A stretch of DNA of 62,067 nt from an uncultured Gammaproteobacteria bacterium (GCA_964486685.1 CAZAOE010000005.1:1-62067), one strand, 5' to 3'; counted from the first letter of the stretch, positions 10,699 to 20,772 are shown. Notes: a model not told the origin generated them from the letters alone. Numbers and translations: made by a program.

Positions 10699-10721
10699 CA
10701 GCACTAAAGTGCTGTTTTTTT
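10699..10721 (+). terminator. Intrinsic terminator after the ruvC fragment
   Basis: CAGCAC-TAAA-GTGCTG followed by T7. Confidence 0.7.
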
Positions 10722-10739
10722 GATGATTATCTAACACTG

Positions 10740-10839
10740 CCCTCCTTCGCCAAAGGATTCGGAGGACTATCCTTCTATTTCCTAACGGAAATTACGGATG
10801 GCCTGTGCCATCCGAAGCTCTGCGAAGCAGAGCGAAGGA
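10740..10839. repeat. Palindromic repeat cluster at the tRNA-Gly 3' end
   Basis: CCTCCTTCGCCAAAGGATTCGGAGG hairpin, TGGCCTGTGCCATCCGAAGC, GCTCTGCGAAGCAGAGC, GCGAAGGAT; motifs shared with 48591-48697. Confidence 0.8.
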
Positions 10840-10914
10840 TGGAGCGGGTAGGGGGAATCGAACCCCCGTCTTCAGCTTGGAAAGCTGTAATAATAACCAT
10901 TATACTATACCCGC
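10840..10914 (-). tRNA. tRNA-Gly(TCC)
   Basis: GCGGGTA acceptor stem, CAGC-TTTCCAA-GCTG anticodon arm, GTTCGATTC, encoded CCA. Confidence 0.95.
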
Positions 10915-11075
10915 AAAAGTAATTTTCAATTACCCGCCTTAATTTTATTGTTTAAAATTACGGCAGGTTACCAATTATCAATTTTCAATTATAAACTTTT
11001 ATTTTGAATTTTGCGCTTTGCTCTTTTAAAGTAATATCTATTAAATCATACTTATAATTCAAAGTCAATATTTCT

Positions 11076-12246
11076 TTACAACTCAATCTCCCCTTCTAAA
11101 ACCTGTTCTTGAAAATTAAAATCTAAATCAGACCATTGAATAAATTCTGACAAAAAATATTTTGTTTCTGCTTCATCCATTAAAATATTTTGCCCGGCAA
11201 CAGATTTAAAAGGATATAAATATATTTTATAGCTAAGTTCTTGTTCTGGACTAAAGAAAGTGGATATTCCTATGCCTAACCCTTCTTGCGTGTCTGGAGA
11301 AAAATATTGGTCAAAAATAAAATTACCTAAAGAATAAAAAATCGGCTTATTTTGATAAATTTCCATGCCCTGCACAACGTGCGGATGATGCCCAATTATC
11401 ATGTCTGCCCCTTGGTCAATAAAACTATGGGCAATTTCTTGTTGTAAATTGTTCTGATAATGAGTATATTCCACTCCCCCAATGAATATTTACAATTACT
11501 AAGTCCGTATTCTTTGCTAAATCTTGAATTATTTTATTGGCCTCCTCTTGGTTAAATTTTCCATAAACCATACTAAAGCCGGCTAAACCAATTTTATAAT
11601 TGCTTAGTTCTAAAATTTTAGAACTACATTCTCCTACTTGGCGGTCAATACAGCCCGAGTAATTAAAACCTAAATTTGTTAAATTTTCTCTGGTTTCTTC
11701 TACGCCTTGCTGGCCCTGGTCACTAAAATGATTATTAGCTAAATTAAAAAAATTAAAATTGTAATTTTTTAATCCTTGAATTAATTCTGGATGAAAAGCA
11801 AAATCATAAATCATTGTTGGCGGATAATGTTCGCCTTCATTGGTTACTACTCCTTCTAAATTAGCGCTAATTAAATCCACTCCCTTAAAAAATCTGTTTT
11901 CTTGACCAGCTAATTCTTCAAAAATATAGCTTAAACCCTTTTCAGCAATTAATTCTTTAACATGGCGATCAAGCATTAAATCACCAAAAAATAAAAAATT
12001 TAAAACCTCGGGATATTTTTCCATTATTTCTTCATCGCTTTCAACAATTTCTTCTTGATTAATGTTTTTTCCTTGAACTATTTTTTCTTTTAAACTATTT
12101 TGCTCTAATTTTTGATTTTTGGCTTGTAAATAAAAACAAAGGGTTAATAAACTAACTAAAATTAAAAAAATATTTAAAACAATAAATAAACCATTATGCT
12201 CTTTTTTATTTTCCAAATTAGAATAAATATCTTTTTCTTCCTTCAT
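11076..12246 (-). pseudogene. CapA family (poly-gamma-glutamate synthesis-like metallophosphoesterase), frameshifted
   Basis: GDLML, ANLEG, LANNH..D, IHWG in frame 1; GHHPHV, YSLGNFIFDQ in frame 2; removing one G from the G5 run (C5 at 11476-11480) restores HWGVEY. Confidence 0.8.
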
Positions 12247-12459
12247 ATAATTATTTAAGCAATCATAAATTTATTTTATCATCAAAAAAGTAAAATTAAA
12301 AAGTTTTCTTTACTATTCTGCTTATCTTTGCTAAATTAAATATTACTTAATTAGTAACAAGTTAAAAGTTACAAGTTACAAGTAAATTAATAGCACTTGG
12401 AACTTGCCTGTCCTCTGAAGCCTTGGCGAAAGAGGACAACTTGAAACTATCAACTATTT

Positions 12460-13755
12460 ATGAAAATTGAAAAAAAACAACTACCTAAAAATCAAGCGGA
12501 ATTAACCATTGAAATTAAGCCCGCAGAATATCAAAATTTTTTGGAAAAAACAGCTCAAAAAATGTCTGAAAATTCAAAAATTAAGGGCTTTCGACCAGGC
12601 AAAGCGCCTTATGATTTATTAAAAGCCCAATTTGGAGAAATGAAAATTTTGGAAAATGCCTTAAACGATATTTTAACTCATTTTTATTTTGAAACTATTA
12701 AAAAAGAAAAGCTAAAACCGATTTCTTATCCACAAATAGATATTCAAAAAATGGCTGTAAATAATCCTTTAATTTTTAAAGCTACTATTAACTTAATTCC
12801 AGAAGTAAAGCTTGGTGATTTAAATAAAATTAAAATTAAGCCAAAAAAAATTGAAATCAAGGAGCAAGAAATTGATAAAGCCATAGAAACTTTAAGAGAG
12901 AATCAGGCCAAAGAAATTTTAGCTGATAAAAAAATAGCTAAAGGCGATAAAGCTGAAATAGATTTTACTGTTAAAATCGACAATGTTCCGATTGAAGATG
13001 GTAAATCCACCAATTACCCCCTTGTTATTGGTAAAGGACATATGATTCCTGGTTTTGAAGATAATTTAATTGGCAAGAAAAAAGACGAAGAAATAAAATT
13101 TAAACTTAATTTTCCTAAAGAATATCATAATAAAAATTTAGCTGGTAAAGAAGCTGACTTTGAAGTTAAAATAAAAAGCGTTTTTCAACGCGAATTGCCA
13201 GAAATAAATGACGCCTGGGCTCAAAAAACCCTAAGCTCTAAAAATCTAAATGATTTGAAAGATAAAATAAAGAAAAACTATCAAATCCAAAAAGAGCAAG
13301 AACAAGATAGGAGATTAGAAAACGAAATTATAGAAAAATTAATCCAAAATTCAGAAATAGGTGAACTTTCTGATAATTTACTTCAGCAAGAAACTCATAA
13401 AATGATTGAGGAATTAAAACAAAATATAAGCCAACAGGGTTTAAAATTTGAGGATTACTTAAAACAAATCAATAAAAAAGTAGAAGATCTGGAAAATAAT
13501 TTTAAAGAACAAGCCCAAAAAAGATTACAGGCCTCTTTAATCATGAGAAAGCTTATTGAAGAGGAAAAGATAGAGGCCTCTGACAAAGAAATCCAAAATG
13601 AAATTGAAATGGCTCAACAAATGTATGGAAATAACGAACAAATAGCTAAAACCTTAAACTCTCCAGAATATCAAGCCCAGTTAAAAATAAATCTTTTAAA
13701 CAAAAAAGTAATGGAATATCTGAAAAAGAAATGCGACCCAAATATTACAAATTAA
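12460..13755 (+). CDS. tig: Trigger factor
   Basis: GFRPGKAP ribosome-binding motif, FKBP domain (MIPGFED, FP.EYH...LAGK). Confidence 0.95.
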   Translation: MKIEKKQLPKNQAELTIEIKPAEYQNFLEKTAQKMSENSKIKGFRPGKAPYDLLKAQFGEMKILENALNDILTHFYFETIKKEKLKPISYPQIDIQKMAVNNPLIFKATINLIPEVKLGDLNKIKIKPKKIEIKEQEIDKAIETLRENQAKEILADKKIAKGDKAEIDFTVKIDNVPIEDGKSTNYPLVIGKGHMIPGFEDNLIGKKKDEEIKFKLNFPKEYHNKNLAGKEADFEVKIKSVFQRELPEINDAWAQKTLSSKNLNDLKDKIKKNYQIQKEQEQDRRLENEIIEKLIQNSEIGELSDNLLQQETHKMIEELKQNISQQGLKFEDYLKQINKKVEDLENNFKEQAQKRLQASLIMRKLIEEEKIEASDKEIQNEIEMAQQMYGNNEQIAKTLNSPEYQAQLKINLLNKKVMEYLKKKCDPNITN

Positions 13756-13760
13756 TCCCC

Positions 13761-13862
13761 GCCTGCCACGTCGAACGTGGCCTGCCATCGCCTGCCCACT
13801 CGCCATTGCTATCGCTCAGGCGATTAGCAGGCGAGATGCCGTAGACTATGGCGGGCAGGCGA
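13761..13862. repeat. Nested GC-rich palindrome cluster
   Basis: GCCACGT-CGA-ACGTGGC; outer TCGCCTGCCC/GGGCAGGCGA enclosing CTCGCC..GGCGAG and GCCGTAGACTATGGC. Confidence 0.8.
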
Positions 13863-13909
13863 ATGACCTAAATTTAAAATAATCAATGCTCTTTGGGTCA
13901 AGAAAAACC

Positions 13910-15391
13910 ATGACTAAACCTTTCAAACTTATTCTTTTCACCTTCTTAATAATAGCTGGCGCTACTCTATTTGTTATTATAAAATTCAATATAGACAATA
14001 AACCCCTTTCCTTTTCTAAAAATAATTCAAATACTATGAAAAAAATAATTAAAGAATGCACTTTGGCTGGTTCTTTTTTTCCAGCTGAAAAAGAAGAATT
14101 AAACACAATGGTTGATAATTTTTTAAACAATGCTGAAAATAAAAATTATCAAAATATTAAAGCCATAGTTGTACCGCATGCTGGACTAATTTATAGTGGA
14201 CAAACAGCGGCTTATGCATATAAACAATTAGAAAATAAAAATATAAACAAAATAATTTTAATCGGTCCGACTCATCACCAATATACTGATAAATTAACTT
14301 TTATGCATGCTGATTATTGGAACACTCCTTTGGGTGAAATAGAATTAGACAATAAATCAATTTATGAATTAGAAAAAAATCCTGATTTTACATTTTTTGA
14401 CCAGGCCTTTATAGAAGAAAATTCTTTAGAAACACAATTGCCTTTTATTAAAAAAATACTGCCTCAAGCTAAGCTTATTCCTATTGCTGTTGGCATTTTA
14501 AACAATGGACAAATTCAATCTGCCAGTGCCAGCTTATTAAACATTATAGATGAAAATACTATTTTAATAATCAGCACTGACCTTTCTCATTATCATCCAC
14601 AAGAAGAAGCTCAAAAAATTGATAAAATTTGTTTAGATTCAATTAAAAATTTAGAATTTGATTCTGAATGCGAGGCCTGCGGAGAAGTGGGTTTAAAAAT
14701 CCTTTTTCAAACGGCTCAAAAATTAAATTGGCAAGCCGAGGTTTTAGATTATAGCCATAGCGGTGAAATAACTGGCGATGTAGAAGTGGTGGGATATGCG
14801 TCAGCTATAATAACCGGGGAACTGAAGAACCTAAAAACTAAAGAACAAGAAAATAATTATTCTACGGAAGAAATGGCTTACTTATTAAAATTAGCTCGGG
14901 ATACTATTCAATATGCTTTTGAAAATAATGGTAAAATAATGCCTTTAGAAAATATTCCTGAAAAATTTAAAGAAAAAAGAGGTGTTTTTGTGACCCTACA
15001 TAAACAAGGAAAATTACGCGGTTGTATTGGTTATATTCAACCGATTGAAAAGCTTTACCAGGCTGTTCAAAATAATGTTCTTTCAGCAGCTCTTAATGAT
15101 CCTCGTTTTAATCCTTTGGAAAAAAATGAGTTAATTGACTGCGAAATTGAAATTTCTGTTCTCAGTGTTCCAGAAAAAACTACTTTAAACGAAATTCAGG
15201 AAAATATTGATGGTGTTATTTTAAAACAGGGTCTTAATCAAGCCACTTATCTACCTCAAGTTTGGGAAGATATTAATGGTCCAGCAGAATTTTATGGTTC
15301 TTTATGTATAAAAGCTGGATTACAAGCAGATTGTTATACAGACGAAGAAACTGAATTTTATAAATATCAAGCAGAGGTATTTCATGAATAA
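13910..15391 (+). CDS. Fused AmmeMemoRadiSam proteins B (MEMO-like) and A (AMMECR1), with N-terminal TM helix
   Basis: AGSFFP, VPHAG..YSG, IGP.H, STDLSHY, ACG, VGYAS (MEMO); GVFVTL..LRGCIG, DPRF.P, ATYLPQVW (AMMECR1); start uncertain (13886/13910/14036). Confidence 0.88.
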   Translation: MTKPFKLILFTFLIIAGATLFVIIKFNIDNKPLSFSKNNSNTMKKIIKECTLAGSFFPAEKEELNTMVDNFLNNAENKNYQNIKAIVVPHAGLIYSGQTAAYAYKQLENKNINKIILIGPTHHQYTDKLTFMHADYWNTPLGEIELDNKSIYELEKNPDFTFFDQAFIEENSLETQLPFIKKILPQAKLIPIAVGILNNGQIQSASASLLNIIDENTILIISTDLSHYHPQEEAQKIDKICLDSIKNLEFDSECEACGEVGLKILFQTAQKLNWQAEVLDYSHSGEITGDVEVVGYASAIITGELKNLKTKEQENNYSTEEMAYLLKLARDTIQYAFENNGKIMPLENIPEKFKEKRGVFVTLHKQGKLRGCIGYIQPIEKLYQAVQNNVLSAALNDPRFNPLEKNELIDCEIEISVLSVPEKTTLNEIQENIDGVILKQGLNQATYLPQVWEDINGPAEFYGSLCIKAGLQADCYTDEETEFYKYQAEVFHE

Positions 15392-15664
15392 CGCGATCCT
15401 AATATACTATATATTCTTAACCAGAGACCAGGTCTGCTGTATATGAAAATTACCAATTACCAATTTTCAATTTGAATTTAATTAAAAAATTTTCAATCAT
15501 CAATGTCTTACTAATTATCTACTTAAAACATTAATCGAGAGGAATTGTAAATTGAGTCATTGAGATTTAAATGAAAATTGAAAATTTCAAATTGATAATT
15601 GACTAAATTCTTCATTAAAATCACTAAACAAATTTAAATAATCTAAGTTAAATTAAAATCACCT

Positions 15665-16675
15665 ATGCGTATTCTTGGAATAGAATCTTCTTGTGACGAA
15701 AGTGCTATTGCTTTGTTAAATATAACTAAGAACAAATTTAAAATTGAAAAAAATATTGTTTCTTCGCAAATTAATATCCACAAAAAATATGGCGGAATAG
15801 TTCCAGAAGTTGCTGCTCGTCAACATGCTGAAAATTTCTTTCCTATTTTAAAACAAGCTCAAATAAATTTTAAAAAAATTGATAACATTGCTGTAACTTA
15901 TGGACCAGGATTAATTACTTCTTTAATGATTGGGGTAGAATTAGCTAAAACCTTAGCTTATATTTATCAAAAACCATTAATACCCATTAATCATATTGAA
16001 GCTCATATTTATTCTAACTGGTTAAGCCATCCTGAATTATTTAAAAAGAAAATTTTTTCGTCCTTAGCCGTGGTGGTTTCCGGTGGACATACTCAAATAT
16101 TTTTAATGAAAAATTATGGTCAATACAAATTAATTGGTCAAACTGTTGATGATGCTGTTGGTGAGGCCTATGATAAAGTAGCAAAAATTTTAAATCTTGG
16201 CTATCCAGGCGGCCCAATCATTTCTCAACGAGCTGAAAAATATCATGGTCCTGATAAATTAAAATTTCCACGTCCCATGAAAAATACTAAAGATTTTAAT
16301 ATGTCTTTTTCAGGATTAAAAACTGCCGTACTATACAAAGCCCGGGATGAAAAAAAATGGACTGATCAAAAAATTAATGAATATTGTTTTAGTTTTCAAA
16401 ATGCAGTTGTAGATGTCTTAACTCATAAAATAATTAAAGCTGCTAAAAAATATGAAGTAAAAAATATTTTATTGGGTGGCGGAGTTAGCGCTAATCAAGA
16501 ATTAAGAGCGACTTTAAAAAATAAAGCTGGTAAATTAGGAATTAAAACTTATTTTCCAGAATTAAAATATACCGGCGATAATGCCACTATGATTGCTATG
16601 GCGGGATATTTTAATAGAGCTAAGGCCAAAAAAAATTATTTTAATTTAAATGCTAATGCTAATTTAGAATTATAA
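15665..16675 (+). CDS. tsaD: t6A synthase TsaD
   Basis: ILGIESSCDE, GGIVPEVAAR.H, HIEAH, SGGHT, DDA.GEAYDK, GDN..MIA. Confidence 0.97.
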   Translation: MRILGIESSCDESAIALLNITKNKFKIEKNIVSSQINIHKKYGGIVPEVAARQHAENFFPILKQAQINFKKIDNIAVTYGPGLITSLMIGVELAKTLAYIYQKPLIPINHIEAHIYSNWLSHPELFKKKIFSSLAVVVSGGHTQIFLMKNYGQYKLIGQTVDDAVGEAYDKVAKILNLGYPGGPIISQRAEKYHGPDKLKFPRPMKNTKDFNMSFSGLKTAVLYKARDEKKWTDQKINEYCFSFQNAVVDVLTHKIIKAAKKYEVKNILLGGGVSANQELRATLKNKAGKLGIKTYFPELKYTGDNATMIAMAGYFNRAKAKKNYFNLNANANLEL

Positions 16676-16724
16676 TCTTTCCTTACCAAATAACAAAAAA
16701 TCGCTGATTCTATTATCAACGATT

Positions 16725-17276
16725 TTATTTTTTAAAATTTTCAAATGCTTTTTGAATTTCATTTCCAAAATCCAAAATATTTTTCTGCACTATTTTATTA
16801 CCGTAATCAACACAGACAAAATTACCATTTTTAGAATAACCAAAATTAAATAGATTACGAAAAACATGGGCATGAACAAGGTATCCTTCGTCAAAACTAA
16901 ATCCATTAATTGTGCTAACTATAAGCTTCTCGTATTTATCAATTTCATTTGATTTACAAGTTAGAATAACACATCTTTCCTGAATATTTAAAAATCCCAA
17001 AAAAGAAAAAAGTGTTTTAGCACAAAAACTATGATAAGTTCTTTGATAAAAAATAAATTCAGACCAGTTTTCTAGAACAGGTTCTATAATAGATTTTAGA
17101 TAAGATAAAAAATATTTTTTTATAAAATCTTCTATTGACATACCGACTCTTAATATAGTAAAAAAATCTGAAAATAATCTTCTACAAACTTTTAAAGAAT
17201 ACGATATATTGATAATTTTTATGACAAAATTATCAAAAATTAAAACAATACGCGTAGAACCCTTTAAAATTTTCAT
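16725..17276 (-). CDS. Hypothetical protein with degenerate protein-kinase-like motifs
   Basis: GSTRIV, FVIKI, ENWSE, H...NFG, VDYG; own promoter (TTGACT 17331-17 bp-TAAAAT) and AGGAGG. Confidence 0.6.
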   Translation of the reverse strand: MKILKGSTRIVLIFDNFVIKIINISYSLKVCRRLFSDFFTILRVGMSIEDFIKKYFLSYLKSIIEPVLENWSEFIFYQRTYHSFCAKTLFSFLGFLNIQERCVILTCKSNEIDKYEKLIVSTINGFSFDEGYLVHAHVFRNLFNFGYSKNGNFVCVDYGNKIVQKNILDFGNEIQKAFENFKK

Positions 17277-17374
17277 TGGTCCTCCTTTAAATTAATTGTT
17301 CAATTTTATAATATACAAATAAAAAAGTCAAACTTTGATTGCTCAAAAAGAACAAATTTGCTAATCTTTTAAAT

Positions 17375-17521
17375 ATGAAATCAATAACCTTACTAAAAAT
17401 TAATAATTTTAAATTATCATTTGCTTGGTATGATTTATGGATTGGATTTTATATTGATAAAGATAATAAAAAATTATATATTTGTTTAATACCTACTTTA
17501 TTAATTACTATAAAATACTAA
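17375..17521 (+). CDS. Small hypothetical protein (48 aa)
   Basis: ATG-started ORF with aromatic-rich AWYDLWIGFY...LYIC motif. Confidence 0.5.
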   Translation: MKSITLLKINNFKLSFAWYDLWIGFYIDKDNKKLYICLIPTLLITIKY

Positions 17522-17671
17522 TAGTTAATACCAATATACAAATATAATACCAATCATGCTAATACAATACGAATAATATATATAATCTACCTAGAAAAAC
17601 AATCTTAATCATTAGTATAATATTCGTATTATTGGTATTAATTCGTATATTAGCATTATAATCATTAGTAT

Positions 17672-18100
17672 ATGACTAAATATACTACTTATTCTCTAAA
17701 ACAAACTTTAAGCTTGGGTCAAAAAACAGCCAAATCTTTTAATACAAACATAATTGGTCTTATCGGTGAGTTGGGTTCTGGAAAAACTGCTTTTACTAAA
17801 GGTGTTGGAGAATATTTTGGTATCAAAAATATTACTAGTCCCACTTTTGTAGTTATGAAAGTGTATGAAGTTAAAAAAAATAACTCTAAAATTAAAAGAT
17901 TGGTTCATGTTGATTGTTATAGATTAAACAATTATCAGTCTTTATTAGAAATTGGTTTGGAAGAATACTTAAATGACCCCGAAAGCCTTGTTTTAATTGA
18001 GTGGGCTGATAAAATTAAAGATAAGTTGCCTAAAAATACAAAATACTTTAAATTTAAGTTAGGTGAAACCGAGGATGAGAGAGTTATAGAAATAAAATAA
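17672..18100 (+). CDS. tsaE: TsaE ATPase
   Basis: GELGSGKT, TSPTF, HVDCYRL, IEWAD. Confidence 0.95.
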   Translation: MTKYTTYSLKQTLSLGQKTAKSFNTNIIGLIGELGSGKTAFTKGVGEYFGIKNITSPTFVVMKVYEVKKNNSKIKRLVHVDCYRLNNYQSLLEIGLEEYLNDPESLVLIEWADKIKDKLPKNTKYFKFKLGETEDERVIEIK

Positions 18101-18170
18101 TCTTTTGTACTTTTAACTTGCAACTCCGAAGTCCACAGGACGAAGGGGGGTAACTTACAACTAAATTCAT

Positions 18171-20738
18171 ATGGACAAAACATACGAAGCAAAAAAATAT
18201 GAAGATGATATTTATTCAGAATGGTTAAATTCTGGATATTTTAATCCTGATAACTTGCCAAAAACAAATGGTAAAAATTTTTCAATTGTTCTTCCTCCTC
18301 CAAATGTAACCGGACAACTTCATATTGGTCATGCTGCTATGTTAGCTTATCAGGATTTAATGATCCGTTATCATCGCATGAAAGGTGATCAGGCCTTATG
18401 GCTACCCGGCATGGACCATGCTGCCATAGCTACCCAAACCGTGGTGGATAAAAAATTAAAAGTTCAAGGAATAGATAGACATCAAATTGGGCGAAAAAAG
18501 TTTTTAGCAGAGGTAGATAAATTTGTCCAAAAATCTAAAATAGTAATTAAAAAACAATTACAAAAAATGGGTTCTTCTTTGGACTGGTCGCGAGAAAGAT
18601 ATACTATGGACACTGGTTTAACTAAGGCCGTCCAAGGAGTGTTTATTAAAATGTATAATGATGGACTGATCTATAGAGGAAAAAGAGTGGTTAATTGGTG
18701 CCCACATTGTCAATCAACCTTAGCTGATGATGAAGTAGAATATAAAGAACAAAAAACCCCTTTTTATTATTTTAAATACGGTCCAGTGATAATTGGAACA
18801 GCTCGTCCGGAAACAAAATTTTCTGACAAAGTTATTATTGTTCACCCCAAAGACAAAAGATATAAAAATATAATTGGCAAAAAATTTGAAGTTGAATGGA
18901 TAGATGGCAAAATTAAAGCCCAAGTTATTGCTGACCCCATCGCTGATATGGAAATGGGCACTGGGGCTATGACTATTACTCCGGCCCATAGTTTTGCGGA
19001 TTTTGAATTAGCACAAAAATATAATTTAAAAATTGAAGAAATAATTAACAAAGCCGGAAAAATGACTTCTGCGGCCGGAAAATTGGCTGGCCTACCGGTT
19101 AAAGAGGCCCGTCAAAAAGTTGTGGAAATATTAAAGGCCAAGGGTTTAGTAAAAAAAATTGATCAGAATTATGTTCATAATCTTTCGGTTTGTTATCGTT
19201 GCGGAACACCAATTGAACCATTGCCTTCTGAACAATGGTTTATAGACGTTAATAAACCAATTAAACATAAACACAATAAAAGTTTAAAACAATTAGCTTC
19301 TGAAATAGTCAAAAAAGGTGAAATTAAGATTATTCCAGACAGATTTAATAAAACTTATTTCCAATGGATGGATAATTTAAGAGATTGGTGTATTTCTCGA
19401 CAAATCTGGTTTGGACATCGCATCCCGGTTTGGTATAACCAAACTTTAGAAGTTGAAACTGATAAAATAAAGGTTCAAAGCGAAAGCCCGGGAAAAGATT
19501 GGATTCAAGATCCCGATACTTTGGATACTTGGTTTTCTTCTTCTTTGTGGACATTTACTACTTTAGGTGGTCCGCAAGAAACTAAAGATTTAAAAAAATT
19601 TCATCCTACATCAATAATGGAAACCGGGTACGATATTTTATTTTTCTGGGTAGCTCGCATGATTTTAATGACCACTTATATTTTAGACGAAAAACCTTTT
19701 GAAAAAGTTTATTTACACGGCCTAGTAAGGGACAAGCAGGGCCGAAAAATGTCTAAGTCCCTGGGCAATGGTATTGACCCCTTAGAAATGATTGATAAAT
19801 ATGGAGCTGATGCCCTAAGATTGTCAATGATAATCGGCTCTACTCCAGGAAACGATATTACGCTTTATGATGAAAAAATCGCTGGCTTTAGAAATTTTGT
19901 TAATAAATTATGGAATATTTCCAGATTTGTATTATTAAATATTAAAAATCCAAAAATAATAGACAAACAGCCCAAACCAAAAACTTTGTTTGATAAATGG
20001 ATATTAAATAAATTAGCTGGTTTTATAGAAGATACCACAAAAAATTTAGATAATTTCAATTTTTCTATGGCTGGCAGAGCCTTAGAACAATTTACTTGGC
20101 ATGATTTTGCGGATTGGTATCTTGAAATAGCAAAGATAGAAAAAGATAAAGAAGAAATATTACTTTATTGTTTACAAACTATTTTAAAACTTTGGCATCC
20201 CTTCACTCCATATATAACGGAAGTAATTTGGAAAAATTTTAATTCCCAATTACTTATGATTTCCGAATGGCCAAAATCAAAATATAAAAAAGATCAAAAA
20301 ACAATGGATAATGTTCAAATAATACAACGTATAATTTTTGAAATTAATAAATTTAAAAATGAACACAAGCTTGATCCTGGAAAATATCTAGAATGTTTAA
20401 TTATTAGTAAAAAATATGATAAATTGGTTAATGAACAAAGTCATATTATAGAAAAATTAGCTCGTGTTAAACATATTAAAAAGGAAGAAAAATTAAAAAC
20501 GGAAATTCATCTTCCTAATATCAAAATTTACTTAAAAACAGAAACTAACCCCTCAACTTCGCTCAGGGCAAGAAAATCTAATGAAAAAGAAATTTCTAAT
20601 TTAGAAAAATACATCATCGGACTTAAGAAAAAATTATCCAATAAACAATTTATTCAAAAAGCTCCGACAGAAATAATTAAGCGAGAAAAGAAAAAACTCC
20701 AAGAAGCCGAAGAATTATTAGTTAAAATAAAAAAGTAA
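18171..20738 (+). CDS. valS: Valine--tRNA ligase
   Basis: PPPNVTG.LHIGH, DHAAIATQ, DWCISRQIWFGH, KMSKSLGN. Confidence 0.97.
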   Translation: MDKTYEAKKYEDDIYSEWLNSGYFNPDNLPKTNGKNFSIVLPPPNVTGQLHIGHAAMLAYQDLMIRYHRMKGDQALWLPGMDHAAIATQTVVDKKLKVQGIDRHQIGRKKFLAEVDKFVQKSKIVIKKQLQKMGSSLDWSRERYTMDTGLTKAVQGVFIKMYNDGLIYRGKRVVNWCPHCQSTLADDEVEYKEQKTPFYYFKYGPVIIGTARPETKFSDKVIIVHPKDKRYKNIIGKKFEVEWIDGKIKAQVIADPIADMEMGTGAMTITPAHSFADFELAQKYNLKIEEIINKAGKMTSAAGKLAGLPVKEARQKVVEILKAKGLVKKIDQNYVHNLSVCYRCGTPIEPLPSEQWFIDVNKPIKHKHNKSLKQLASEIVKKGEIKIIPDRFNKTYFQWMDNLRDWCISRQIWFGHRIPVWYNQTLEVETDKIKVQSESPGKDWIQDPDTLDTWFSSSLWTFTTLGGPQETKDLKKFHPTSIMETGYDILFFWVARMILMTTYILDEKPFEKVYLHGLVRDKQGRKMSKSLGNGIDPLEMIDKYGADALRLSMIIGSTPGNDITLYDEKIAGFRNFVNKLWNISRFVLLNIKNPKIIDKQPKPKTLFDKWILNKLAGFIEDTTKNLDNFNFSMAGRALEQFTWHDFADWYLEIAKIEKDKEEILLYCLQTILKLWHPFTPYITEVIWKNFNSQLLMISEWPKSKYKKDQKTMDNVQIIQRIIFEINKFKNEHKLDPGKYLECLIISKKYDKLVNEQSHIIEKLARVKHIKKEEKLKTEIHLPNIKIYLKTETNPSTSLRARKSNEKEISNLEKYIIGLKKKLSNKQFIQKAPTEIIKREKKKLQEAEELLVKIKK

Positions 20739-20743
20739 ACCCT

Positions 20744-20772
20744 TTGACAAACCCTCTAAAATAGTATAAAAT
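20744..20772 (+). promoter_or_regulatory. sigma70 promoter of rpmF
   Basis: TTGACA-17 bp-TAAAAT. Confidence 0.7.

Noticed and set aside
13761-13862. SRP RNA or riboswitch
   Set aside because: No SRP helix-8 GRAA/AGCAG arrangement or aptamer consensus recognised; components match the palindrome families.
18781-19020. Inactivated ValRS editing site (TARPET, PAHSFAD)
   Set aside because: Deviations from TTRPET/PAHDxxD are modest and the distal Asp is retained; cannot be judged without an alignment.
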